DNA of 32,000 nt from Candidatus Saccharimonas aalborgensis (GTDB lineage: Bacteria; Patescibacteriota; Saccharimonadia; Saccharimonadales; Saccharimonadaceae), in NCBI RefSeq assembly GCF_000392435.1, contig NC_021219.1, forward strand, positions 660,001 through 692,000, given 5' to 3'. The notes below the pieces were generated by a model, which ran no database searches, had not been told where the DNA came from, and saw only the letters and a program-made list of their open reading frames with translations. This document shows, in pieces, positions 6,954 through 14,052 of the stretch. Within the stretch, counting starts at the first letter, position 1, and the number at the start of each line of letters is the position of its first letter. The translations under genes and the position numbers were made by a program.

Positions 6954-8618
6954 ATGATTGATCTTGAACTGCCTCTTAATAAGCGCACAAAACTGTATCG
7001 ATTTTTTGAGATACTGCCTGGTTTTTTGAGCTATGGTATGATAATACTTCTTTTTGTTCTAGCAATGGTAAGTCCTCTTGCTGCCGCTGTCTATTTACTT
7101 TTACTTATTATTACTATGTTCGTGAAAGCAGGCGGTATTGCGTTTCGTTCAATCATGGGTCATCGCAGACTAGTGCGCGCACAGCGTATCAATTGGCACG
7201 CTAGGCTCGCTGAGCTTGAAGATCCGGCCAAGAGCTACCACACTGTCATGGACGTGTCATCAAGTGGTTTTGAGTATGATACGCACAAGGAAAACCTTCG
7301 TTTTATGGCTGCAGACCCAAATATGTTCCCAAAGCCGTCCACGTTATATCAGATGGTTATCATTGCCGCTTATAATGAGGCTTATGATGTGCTCCAGCCA
7401 ACCATCGAGTCAGTACGACATACGCACTACAACAATCAGCAGACTATCCTTGTGCTCGCCTATGAGGAGCGTGGGGGGGTAGGAATTGCCGAAACAGCTA
7501 AGCGGCTTCGCGATGAGTATAGCGGCGTCTTTCTCTCTTTCGAGACGATCATGCATCCAGACGGTCTCTCTGACGAAATACCGTCAGGAAAAGGGCCTAA
7601 TATTACCTTTGCCGGGCACAGAATGAAGGAATGGTGTAAAAAGAGACGGATTGATTACTCAAACGTCATTATTACGACGCTTGATGCTGACAACCGTCCA
7701 CATCCCTCCTACTTTGATTATGTGGCGTATGAGCATATCGTTCATGAGGATCGAAAGCGATTGTCGTATCAACCCATCTCACTATACTTCGGTAATATAT
7801 GGGATGCTCCTGCGCCAATGAGGGTCATTGCGACCGGTAACTCATTCTGGACGATCATCAGTGCCATGAGACCGCATACACTGCGGAATTTCGCTGCCCA
7901 CTCACAGCCAATGGACGCACTGGTAGAGATGAATTTTTGGAGCAAGCGCAGCATCGTTGAGGATGGGCACCAGTATTGGCGGAGTTACTTTTACTACGGG
8001 GGAAATTATAGCGTCGTCCCCATCCATGTCCCCATTTATCAGGATGCAGTGATGTCCGATACGTACCGAAAAACGTTGGTGGCGCAGTTTAAACAACTAC
8101 GACGCTGGGGATATGGTGCCTCAGATATACCGTATGTTGCGACAAGACTCTTTACCAAAAAGCGAAACGTTCCGTTTTTCGAGGGACTTGCGCGTTTCTT
8201 GCGACTAGTAGATAGCCATGTCACCCTTGCGGGGATGGCAATACTTGTGACGTTTGGGGGGTGGGTACCACTTCTCGTCAATTCAGAAGCATCGCGAAAC
8301 TATGCTGCGCATATGCTGCCAGACGTTGTGAGCCAGATACAGAGAGTTGCAATGATCGGACTCTTCATTACCATTATATTGACGTTACGCATGCTTCCCC
8401 CGAGGCCTAGTCACCACAAGCGGCGGCGAATGGTATGGATCATACTACAGTGGATACTTATTCCAGTAACATCGATCGGCTACGGTTCGCTCGCAGCGTA
8501 TAACGCTCAAACACATCTGATGACGGGGAAATATCTTGATACCTTCGATGTCACTGAGAAGGCCACACTGGCCTCGCGCGCGCGCGCCAAAGAGCAACGG
8601 TCTTCGGCAAAAAAATAA
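6954..8618 (+). CDS. membrane-embedded family-2 glycosyltransferase, processive (cellulose/chitin-synthase-like) type
   Basis: The motif series typical of processive beta-glycosyltransferases is present: IIAAYNE (UDP-binding D/E), TLDADN (DxD, 7683-7691), VEDGHQ (ED) and QLRRWGYG (QxxRW, 8094-8108). TM helices flank the catalytic domain. Confidence 0.8.
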   Translation: MIDLELPLNKRTKLYRFFEILPGFLSYGMIILLFVLAMVSPLAAAVYLLLLIITMFVKAGGIAFRSIMGHRRLVRAQRINWHARLAELEDPAKSYHTVMDVSSSGFEYDTHKENLRFMAADPNMFPKPSTLYQMVIIAAYNEAYDVLQPTIESVRHTHYNNQQTILVLAYEERGGVGIAETAKRLRDEYSGVFLSFETIMHPDGLSDEIPSGKGPNITFAGHRMKEWCKKRRIDYSNVIITTLDADNRPHPSYFDYVAYEHIVHEDRKRLSYQPISLYFGNIWDAPAPMRVIATGNSFWTIISAMRPHTLRNFAAHSQPMDALVEMNFWSKRSIVEDGHQYWRSYFYYGGNYSVVPIHVPIYQDAVMSDTYRKTLVAQFKQLRRWGYGASDIPYVATRLFTKKRNVPFFEGLARFLRLVDSHVTLAGMAILVTFGGWVPLLVNSEASRNYAAHMLPDVVSQIQRVAMIGLFITIILTLRMLPPRPSHHKRRRMVWIILQWILIPVTSIGYGSLAAYNAQTHLMTGKYLDTFDVTEKATLASRARAKEQRSSAKK

Positions 8619-8652
8619 TTGATCACTTTTGAGGGATCAGATATCGCACAAC

Positions 8653-8676
8653 AAAGAAAGCTCCCGTAGAGGGAGC
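8653..8676 (-). terminator. intrinsic terminator for the small minus-strand unit
   Basis: The minus strand reads GCTCCC-tctac-GGGAGC followed by TTTCTTTgtt. On the plus strand no T-tract follows, so it works mainly on the minus strand. Confidence 0.55.
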
Positions 8677-8720
8677 TAGCTATTAATCAGTCACTAGCAA
8701 AAGACCAAGCAGGAGACTAA

Positions 8721-8849
8721 CTAAAGGGAACGGTTTTTAACCGATTTCCGAATGTCTGTCCAGGTTACATCGTACTCAAAAGAAAGATCGAATAGTGTAA
8801 GTGCAGAGGGTTTGAGGTTCTTTTTTGTTTGGGGAGCATCTTTACTCAT
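8721..8849 (-). CDS. candidate leaderless small ORF (42 aa): MSKDAPQTKKNLKPSALTLFDLSFEYDVTWTDIRKSVKNRSL
   Basis: I translated this by hand, since it is below the ORF-track cutoff. The ATG lies 6 nt after a consensus -10, and the ORF is followed by a hairpin plus T-tract. Coding status is unproven, and the unit could equally be a small RNA. Confidence 0.35.
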   Translation of the reverse strand: MSKDAPQTKKNLKPSALTLFDLSFEYDVTWTDIRKSVKNRSL

Positions 8850-8855
8850 GTAGAC

Positions 8856-8884
8856 ATTTTAGCATAAGCGTTCTTGTTTGTCAA
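8856..8884 (-). promoter_or_regulatory. near-consensus sigma70-type promoter TTGACA-17 nt-TAAAAT
   Basis: The minus strand reads TTGACAaacaagaacgcttatgcTAAAATgtctacATG. The spacer is exactly 17 nt. Confidence 0.6.
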
Positions 8885-8983
8885 TAGACCAATAACTTGC
8901 CCAATATATCACAGAATGAATAATTACTATCGATTATCACCACTTTGGCTAGTGGAAAACTCCCGGAAAAATGAGGATAAAAA

Positions 8984-9016
8984 GAAACACCGCTTCAGTG
9001 GTTGAAGTGGTGTTTC
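8984..9016 (-). terminator. intrinsic terminator immediately downstream of tRNA-Val
   Basis: A 14-bp stem (GAAACACCGCTTCA / TGAAGTGGTGTTTC, one G-U pair) has a 5-nt loop. On the minus strand it is followed by TTTCTTTTTATC. Confidence 0.75.
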
Positions 9017-9018
9017 TC

Positions 9019-9095
9019 TGGTGGGCGATAGAGGATTCGAACCTCTCACCTCGTCTACGTCAAAGACGCGCTCTAGCCAAATGAGCTAATCACCC
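9019..9095 (-). tRNA. tRNA-Val (anticodon GAC), CCA encoded
   Basis: The reverse complement folds as acceptor GGGTGAT/ATCGCCC, D arm GCTC-atttggcta-GAGC, anticodon stem CGTCT/AGACG with loop TTGACGT, and T arm AGAGG-TTCGAAT-CCTCT. The discriminator is A followed by CCA. Confidence 0.9.
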
Positions 9096-9129
9096 AAGAT
9101 GATACTATAATAACAAACAGAGGCGGCCG

Positions 9130-9158
9130 TTGCAATTATACTGTGTTTTTTGTAAGAT
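9130..9158 (+). promoter_or_regulatory. candidate promoter for the thrS leader (TTGCAA-17 nt-TAAGAT)
   Basis: The hexamers and the 17-nt spacing were read directly from the sequence. An alternative TATAAT lies at 9106-9111. Confidence 0.35.
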
Positions 9159-9164
9159 AAGAGA

Positions 9165-9341
9165 TAAGCAATGAAGCAGACTAACCACCTGCAGAGCACG
9201 TGGAAGCGATCGCTGGGCACACGAAAAAGCCTAGGGGTAAGAGTAACGCCAAGGTGGAACCTCCGCTTAGTAAGCGGACCGAGGCACGCGGACACGATGT
9301 GAAACATCGGCAAAACGCGTGTTTTTAATTATTATGGAGGT
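9165..9341 (+). promoter_or_regulatory. candidate T-box riboswitch leader (tRNA-Thr sensing) upstream of thrS
   Basis: A T-box-like core is visible. Helix A1 is GCCAAGG(9248-9254)/CCGAGGC(9279-9285). The 7-nt bulge is UGGAACC(9255-9261). Helix A2 is UCCGC/GCGGA with a 7-nt loop. Downstream lies a hairpin, CACGCG(9285-9290)...CGCGTG(9316-9321), followed by TTTTT. ACCUCC(9259-9264) is complementary to the thrS SD GGAGGU(9336-9341). A possible specifier ACC-A lies at 9184-9187. I could not fold Stem I convincingly by eye. Confidence 0.5.
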
Positions 9342-9346
9342 TATAT

Positions 9347-11167
9347 ATGAACCAAGAACAGCTCAATGCGATGCGTCATAGCCTTGCACACATAACCGCT
9401 CAGGCGGTTCAACGCCTGTGGCCAGAAGCGAGGTTTGGTGTTGGTCCCGTGGTAGAGAATGGCTTCTACTACGATATCGATGTACCGGGGGTTAAGATAT
9501 CCGAAGACGATTTTGCCAAAATCGAAGCCGAAATGCGCAAGGTAATTGAGGAGAATTTTTCTTTCGAGCGTAGCGAAAAACAAGTTGACGAAGCGATCCA
9601 CTGGGCCGAAAATGCAAAGCAGGTGTACAAGGTAGAGCTACTTAACGACCTTAAGCGTGCCGGCACAACAGTTGCCAAGGATCTAGATGCTTCCGAGATG
9701 GGCACGATCGCTGAGGGTGACGCCGCGGTAGAAAACGTTTCATTCTACACTGATGGTGATTTCACTGATCTTTGTCGTGGTCCGCATGCCGAAAGTACTG
9801 GCAAAGTTGGCGTCTTCAAGCTTATGCGTGTGGCGGGTGCCTACTGGCGCGGTAAAGAGACAAACCCCCAGATGCAACGGCTTTATGGAGTGGCTTTCGC
9901 TAGCCAACAAGAACTCGATACTCATCTTAAAATGCTCGAAGAAGCAAAAGCTCGTGATCACCGTAAACTAGGCAAAGAGCTCGATCTCTTTACGTTTTCT
10001 GAGCTAGTCGGACCCGGTTTGCCACTCTGGACTCCACGCGGCACAATTCTACGCAATAAACTGGATGCATTTGTGCAGACTCTGAGGGATGAAGTTGGCT
10101 TCGAGCAGGTTGCTATTCCTCACATAACCAAGAAAGACTTATATGAACGAAGCGGACACTGGGCAAAATTTTCTGACGAGTTATTCAAATCTCAATCACG
10201 TGAAGGCCATGAATTCGCCCTCAAGCCCATGAATTGTCCGCACCACACACAGATTTACGCCTCTCAACCGCGCAGCTACCGTGACCTGCCAATCCGTTAT
10301 CGTGAAACGACCACTTGTTATCGTGATGAGCAGAGTGGCGAGTTAAACGGTCTAAGTCGTGTGCGAGCATTTAACCAAGACGACGCGCATATTTTCTGTC
10401 GTGCTTCGCAGGTCGAGCATGAAGCGCTGGCTATTTGGGATATAATTGACAAATTTTATGGTGGGCTTGGATTTGGTGAGCTAAAAGTTCGTTTTTCGAC
10501 CCATGATCCCGACAATATGGCCGCTTATCTAGGTGAAGAAGCAAAGTGGCAGGAGGTGGAGTCTCAGCTGCTCAATGTTGTAAAGCATCGAGTCGGCGAT
10601 GCCTTCATGCCAGGCATTGGTGAGGCTGCCTTCTATGGGCCAAAAATTGACTTCATGGCCAAGGACGCACTTGGTCGCACGTGGCAGGTCGCAACAATCC
10701 AGCTTGATTTTAACCAGCCGGAAAACTTTGATTTAACCTGCACTGATGAGCAAGGTAACCCTGAGCGTATTGTTATGGTGCATTGTGCTATTATGGGGTC
10801 GCTCGAGCGCTTTCTTAGCATCTATATTGAACACTCGGCGGGCTGGTTCCCATTTTGGGCAGCTCCTGAGCAAATACGTATTCTTACTATTAACGACACG
10901 GTGAAAGACTATGTTGATGAAATAACATCGATTCTATCAGAGATAGTTTTGATGCAACCACTTAAATACAACGAAGTACGATTTACAACAGATGACCGAA
11001 ACGAATCGCTGGGTAAGAAGATTCGCGCTGCGACGGAGATGAAAATTCCCGTACAACTTATTGTCGGGCCAAAGGACAAGGAAGCTCGACAAGTGAGTCT
11101 TCGTACACGTAGCGGAGAAGAAAAAGTGAACCTCGACGCGTTGGCTGATTACCTAAGAGGCCTATAG
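9347..11167 (+). CDS. thrS: threonine--tRNA ligase, lacking the N-terminal TGS domain
   Basis: The N-terminus RHSLAHITAQAVQRLWPEARFGVGPVVENGFYYDID matches the editing (N2) domain HxxxH region. Also present are the class II core with MNCPHHTQIY (zinc site) and a C-terminal anticodon-binding domain. GGAGG lies 6 nt upstream of the ATG. Confidence 0.95.
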   Translation: MNQEQLNAMRHSLAHITAQAVQRLWPEARFGVGPVVENGFYYDIDVPGVKISEDDFAKIEAEMRKVIEENFSFERSEKQVDEAIHWAENAKQVYKVELLNDLKRAGTTVAKDLDASEMGTIAEGDAAVENVSFYTDGDFTDLCRGPHAESTGKVGVFKLMRVAGAYWRGKETNPQMQRLYGVAFASQQELDTHLKMLEEAKARDHRKLGKELDLFTFSELVGPGLPLWTPRGTILRNKLDAFVQTLRDEVGFEQVAIPHITKKDLYERSGHWAKFSDELFKSQSREGHEFALKPMNCPHHTQIYASQPRSYRDLPIRYRETTTCYRDEQSGELNGLSRVRAFNQDDAHIFCRASQVEHEALAIWDIIDKFYGGLGFGELKVRFSTHDPDNMAAYLGEEAKWQEVESQLLNVVKHRVGDAFMPGIGEAAFYGPKIDFMAKDALGRTWQVATIQLDFNQPENFDLTCTDEQGNPERIVMVHCAIMGSLERFLSIYIEHSAGWFPFWAAPEQIRILTINDTVKDYVDEITSILSEIVLMQPLKYNEVRFTTDDRNESLGKKIRAATEMKIPVQLIVGPKDKEARQVSLRTRSGEEKVNLDALADYLRGL

Positions 11168-11485
11168 ATGGTTAATAACGGGAACCTCCAACAGGCAGTT
11201 TACAAGCTGATGTCCATACTGCCAGCTGAAAAAGTGACAACATACGGTGACTTGGCCGTAATGGCGGGGAGCCCCGGGGCGGCGCGAATTGTCGGAGGGA
11301 TCGCGCATAGTGGTCCAGAAGAGTTACCTTGGCATCGGTTAGTAAATGTGCAGGGAGGGTTGGCTATAGGCTACCCAGGAGGGCAGGATGCACAGCGACA
11401 GTTGTTAGCCCATGATGGTATCGATTGCGACAATCAGTATCGGGTTTGTGATTTTGCTACTCGTCGCTGGAGGCCAAAATTGTGA
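11168..11485 (+). CDS. alkyltransferase-like (ATL) protein: MGMT/Ogt DNA-binding domain with Trp replacing the acceptor Cys
   Basis: TTYGDLA...GSPGAARIVGGIA...LPWHRLVN aligns with the PCHRV active-site motif of O6-alkylguanine-DNA alkyltransferases. Here it reads PWHRL (Trp codon at 11330-11332), as in the ATL proteins YbaZ and Atl1. The protein is 105 aa, and its ATG directly abuts the thrS stop. Confidence 0.75.
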   Translation: MVNNGNLQQAVYKLMSILPAEKVTTYGDLAVMAGSPGAARIVGGIAHSGPEELPWHRLVNVQGGLAIGYPGGQDAQRQLLAHDGIDCDNQYRVCDFATRRWRPKL

Positions 11486-12378
11486 CTAGGAAAGATTCTA
11501 CAAAAACCGATCTACCTCTTATTGTTATCGTGGGTCCAACGGCTAGCGGCAAGACCGCACTTGCGGTGCGCCTGGCAAAGGAATTTGCGGGTGAAATTAT
11601 CTCTGCCGATTCACGTGCAGTCTATAAGGGGCTTGATATCGGCACTGCCAAGCCGACACACGAGGAGCAGGCTACTGTACCACATTGGGGTATCGATCTG
11701 GTCGAGCCCGGTCAGCGGTTTACAGCGGCAGACTTCAAAGAGTATGCCTTGCAGAAAATCACACAGATTCGTGCACGTGGCAAAATACCCTTTCTGGTTG
11801 GCGGTACCGGACTCTATGTCGATAGTGTAGTTTATGACTATAGTTTTTGTGGTGAGTCAAATGATATGCAGAGCCGAGCTGAGCTTGAAAGGTCTACCCT
11901 AGAAGAACTTTATATATATTGCCATAAACACAACATTAGTTTACCGGAAAATTACAAGAATAAACGACATGTCATCAATGCAATTTTGCGAGATGGCCGT
12001 GCTTTACAGAGAAGTGTGACTAAATCTGACAATACAAGAATTGTGGGTATAACAACGGAAAAAGATATTTTGAGAGAGAGAATTAGCCATCGCGCCGATA
12101 GCATTTTCCGGGATGAGACTTATCTGGAGGCAAAAATAGCGGCAGGGAGGTATGGCTGGGACAACGAAGCCATGACGGGTAACGTTTACCCGCTACTCAA
12201 GCAATATTTCAATAATGAGTTGACGCTAGATGAGGCGAAAGAACGATTTACTGCACTCGATTGGCACCTTGCCAAACGACAGCTCACATGGTTTCGACGC
12301 AATCAAGAAATAGTATGGTTGTCACTCGATAACGCGTATACGTATATTGCTCAGCTACTCGTCCCCAAGAACAAATAG
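11482..12378 (+). CDS. miaA: tRNA dimethylallyltransferase
   Basis: The signature is IVGPTASGKTALAVRLAKEFAGEIISADSRAVYKGLDIGTAKPT, i.e. a P-loop plus the SxDSxQxY-like motif. The GTG start overlaps the upstream stop (GTGA). Confidence 0.92.
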   Translation: MTRKDSTKTDLPLIVIVGPTASGKTALAVRLAKEFAGEIISADSRAVYKGLDIGTAKPTHEEQATVPHWGIDLVEPGQRFTAADFKEYALQKITQIRARGKIPFLVGGTGLYVDSVVYDYSFCGESNDMQSRAELERSTLEELYIYCHKHNISLPENYKNKRHVINAILRDGRALQRSVTKSDNTRIVGITTEKDILRERISHRADSIFRDETYLEAKIAAGRYGWDNEAMTGNVYPLLKQYFNNELTLDEAKERFTALDWHLAKRQLTWFRRNQEIVWLSLDNAYTYIAQLLVPKNK

Positions 12379-12414
12379 TGATATCATGGAAACAGAAAAC
12401 AATAGGGGAGATGA

Positions 12415-13008
12415 ATGATTGACGCATTATTTGGTTCAAAGACGAGAGTGAAGTTACTTCACCTTTTTCTAAATAATCCAGGCAAAGCGTTTTATGTCCG
12501 CGAGATTACACGTCTTATTGATGAGCAGATAAATTCTGTTCGTCGTGAGCTTTCAAATATGCTCGAAGTTGGGATAATCGGGAGCTCTAGTACAGACAAC
12601 CGTCTTTATTATGAGGTAAACCAACGCTATGAGCACTACCTACCGTTTAGAAGCATGTTTGCGGATCAAAAGGCACCCCCCGTGTTAGAAAGTAAATCTG
12701 ACTCTGCTCTACCCTGGCTAAAGTATCTTCGGGAAATAAAGGGTGTGCGTCTCGCGGTGATAGCCGGTGTTCTTGTTAGCGGATCAGCAAGCAACATTGA
12801 TCTTTTGCTTGTAGGGGATGCATCTGAGAAAAAAGTTACGGCGCTTGTTAGTATAATTGAAGAATCTGTCGGACGTGAGCTAAGCTATACAGTAATGAAA
12901 TACGACGAGTTTTATTACAGACTTAGCGTTCACGACAGATTTATTACGACAATATTGGCAAATAAGCATTCGGTATTACTTGATTCCGACAACATACTGA
13001 ACGCATAA
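12415..13008 (+). CDS. winged-helix (ArsR/MarR-like) DNA-binding protein, function unknown
   Basis: The N-terminal FGSKTRVKLLHLFLNNPGKAFYVREITRLIDEQINSVRRELSNMLEVGII has the pattern of a wHTH recognition unit. I do not recognise the C-terminal half. GGGGAG lies upstream. Confidence 0.5.
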   Translation: MIDALFGSKTRVKLLHLFLNNPGKAFYVREITRLIDEQINSVRRELSNMLEVGIIGSSSTDNRLYYEVNQRYEHYLPFRSMFADQKAPPVLESKSDSALPWLKYLREIKGVRLAVIAGVLVSGSASNIDLLLVGDASEKKVTALVSIIEESVGRELSYTVMKYDEFYYRLSVHDRFITTILANKHSVLLDSDNILNA

Positions 13009-13022
13009 AGAAGGAGATACGC

Positions 13023-13658
13023 ATGTTCGAGATCGAATACAAGGGCGCTAATACAGTGGTTATATCAACGAAGAAGACAACACTTGTTGTTGATCCTCGA
13101 CTTTCAGTTGTCGGCCTCAAAGACATAAAGATAAAAGATGAGGTCCAGCTTGTTACTGAGCCACGCTTCAAGGTTGAGAACCGAGAGGCTCGTATAATTA
13201 TCGACGGCCCTGGCGAATACGAAGTCGGCGATTTCGCGATACGTGGTGCGACGGCACAACGGCATATTGATAGCGACGATAGTATAAAGCAAGGTACTAT
13301 CTATAGGATAGAATGTGGGGATGTGAGGCTTGGTATTTTTGGAAACATTTCTGCAAAACTTAGCGACGAACAACTGGAGACGATCGGTGTTGTCGATATC
13401 CTGATCTTACCAATAGGTGGTAGTGGATACACTCTTGATCCTACGGACGCTATAACGCTTATAAGGAACATTGAGCCAAAAGTGGTAATTCCTGTTCACT
13501 ATGCTGATTCTGGGCTACAGTATGAGGTACCACAAGAGACGCTCGACACGTTTACAAAGGAAATTGGGGCTCCGTGTGAAGAAGTACCACGCTATAAACT
13601 AAAAGGTGCTATAAGTATTCCTTCATCTCTGACTGTTGTCGCTATTAGCCGCACATAA
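13023..13658 (+). CDS. MBL-fold (Lactamase_B_3 / UPF0173-like) protein lacking the HxHxDH metal motif
   Basis: The overall pattern (short N-terminal strands, LVVDP, late VVIPVHYAD) resembles the small metal-dependent hydrolases. However, LVTEPRF (13149-13169) occupies the position where THxHxDH is expected. AAGGAG lies upstream. Confidence 0.5.
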   Translation: MFEIEYKGANTVVISTKKTTLVVDPRLSVVGLKDIKIKDEVQLVTEPRFKVENREARIIIDGPGEYEVGDFAIRGATAQRHIDSDDSIKQGTIYRIECGDVRLGIFGNISAKLSDEQLETIGVVDILILPIGGSGYTLDPTDAITLIRNIEPKVVIPVHYADSGLQYEVPQETLDTFTKEIGAPCEEVPRYKLKGAISIPSSLTVVAISRT

Positions 13659-13665
13659 CAACTGG

Positions 13666-13689
13666 GGGTTCCCTCGCAGGAGGGAACCC
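13666..13689. terminator. 10-bp GC-rich hairpin between convergent genes (possible bidirectional terminator)
   Basis: The hairpin is GGGTTCCCTC-gcag-GAGGGAACCC. The flanking U-tracts are weak on both strands. Confidence 0.5.
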
Positions 13690-13746
13690 ATTAAACTTTA
13701 TCGCTAGAGTCTTATTATGCGTATGTGTTTTGCGAAAAACTAGCAG

Positions 13747-13953
13747 CTACTTGCCTCCAACAGCAAGAAGGCCTTTTTTCTTTAAGATACGAATTGCTTG
13801 AGTTGATAAAGTCATCGTTACTTTCTTGCCATCAACAGTAAAAGTCTTCTTTTGCAAATTCGGTTTAAATGCGCGCTTTGTACGCCGAAGCGAGAAGCTT
13901 ACATTGTGGCCGAATTGTTTACCTTTGCCGGTGAGTTCACATCGTGACGCCAT
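13747..13953 (-). CDS. rpmB: 50S ribosomal protein L28
   Basis: MASRCELTGKGKQFGHNVSFSLRRTKRAFKPNLQKK is the canonical L28 N-terminus. GGAGAAG lies upstream. Confidence 0.93.
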   Translation of the reverse strand: MASRCELTGKGKQFGHNVSFSLRRTKRAFKPNLQKKTFTVDGKKVTMTLSTQAIRILKKKGLLAVGGK

Positions 13954-14034
13954 TTTGGTTACTTCTCCACTTGACCTATTATTATAATCCGTCTTATTCT
14001 ACTCTGTTAAGAGGTTTTAGTCAATAGTTCCGCA

Positions 14035-14043
14035 TGCTATACT
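14035..14043 (+). promoter_or_regulatory. extended -10 (TGcTATACT) 9 nt upstream of the M50 protease ATG (leaderless or near-leaderless)
   Basis: The sequence reads caTGCTATACTtaaataactATG(14053), with no SD. Confidence 0.45.
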
Positions 14044-14052
14044 TAAATAACT

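Noticed and set aside
8575-8586. An alternating (CG)6 run.
   Set aside because: It lies inside the GT2 coding sequence, encoding an Arg/Ala-rich C-terminal tail (ASRARAKEQ). There is no evidence of a regulatory role.
9086-9313. A 75-aa minus-strand ORF between tRNA-Val and thrS.
   Set aside because: It overlaps the tRNA-Val 5' end and lies antisense to the structured thrS leader. It has no SD or promoter context, and the T-box-like RNA is a better explanation.
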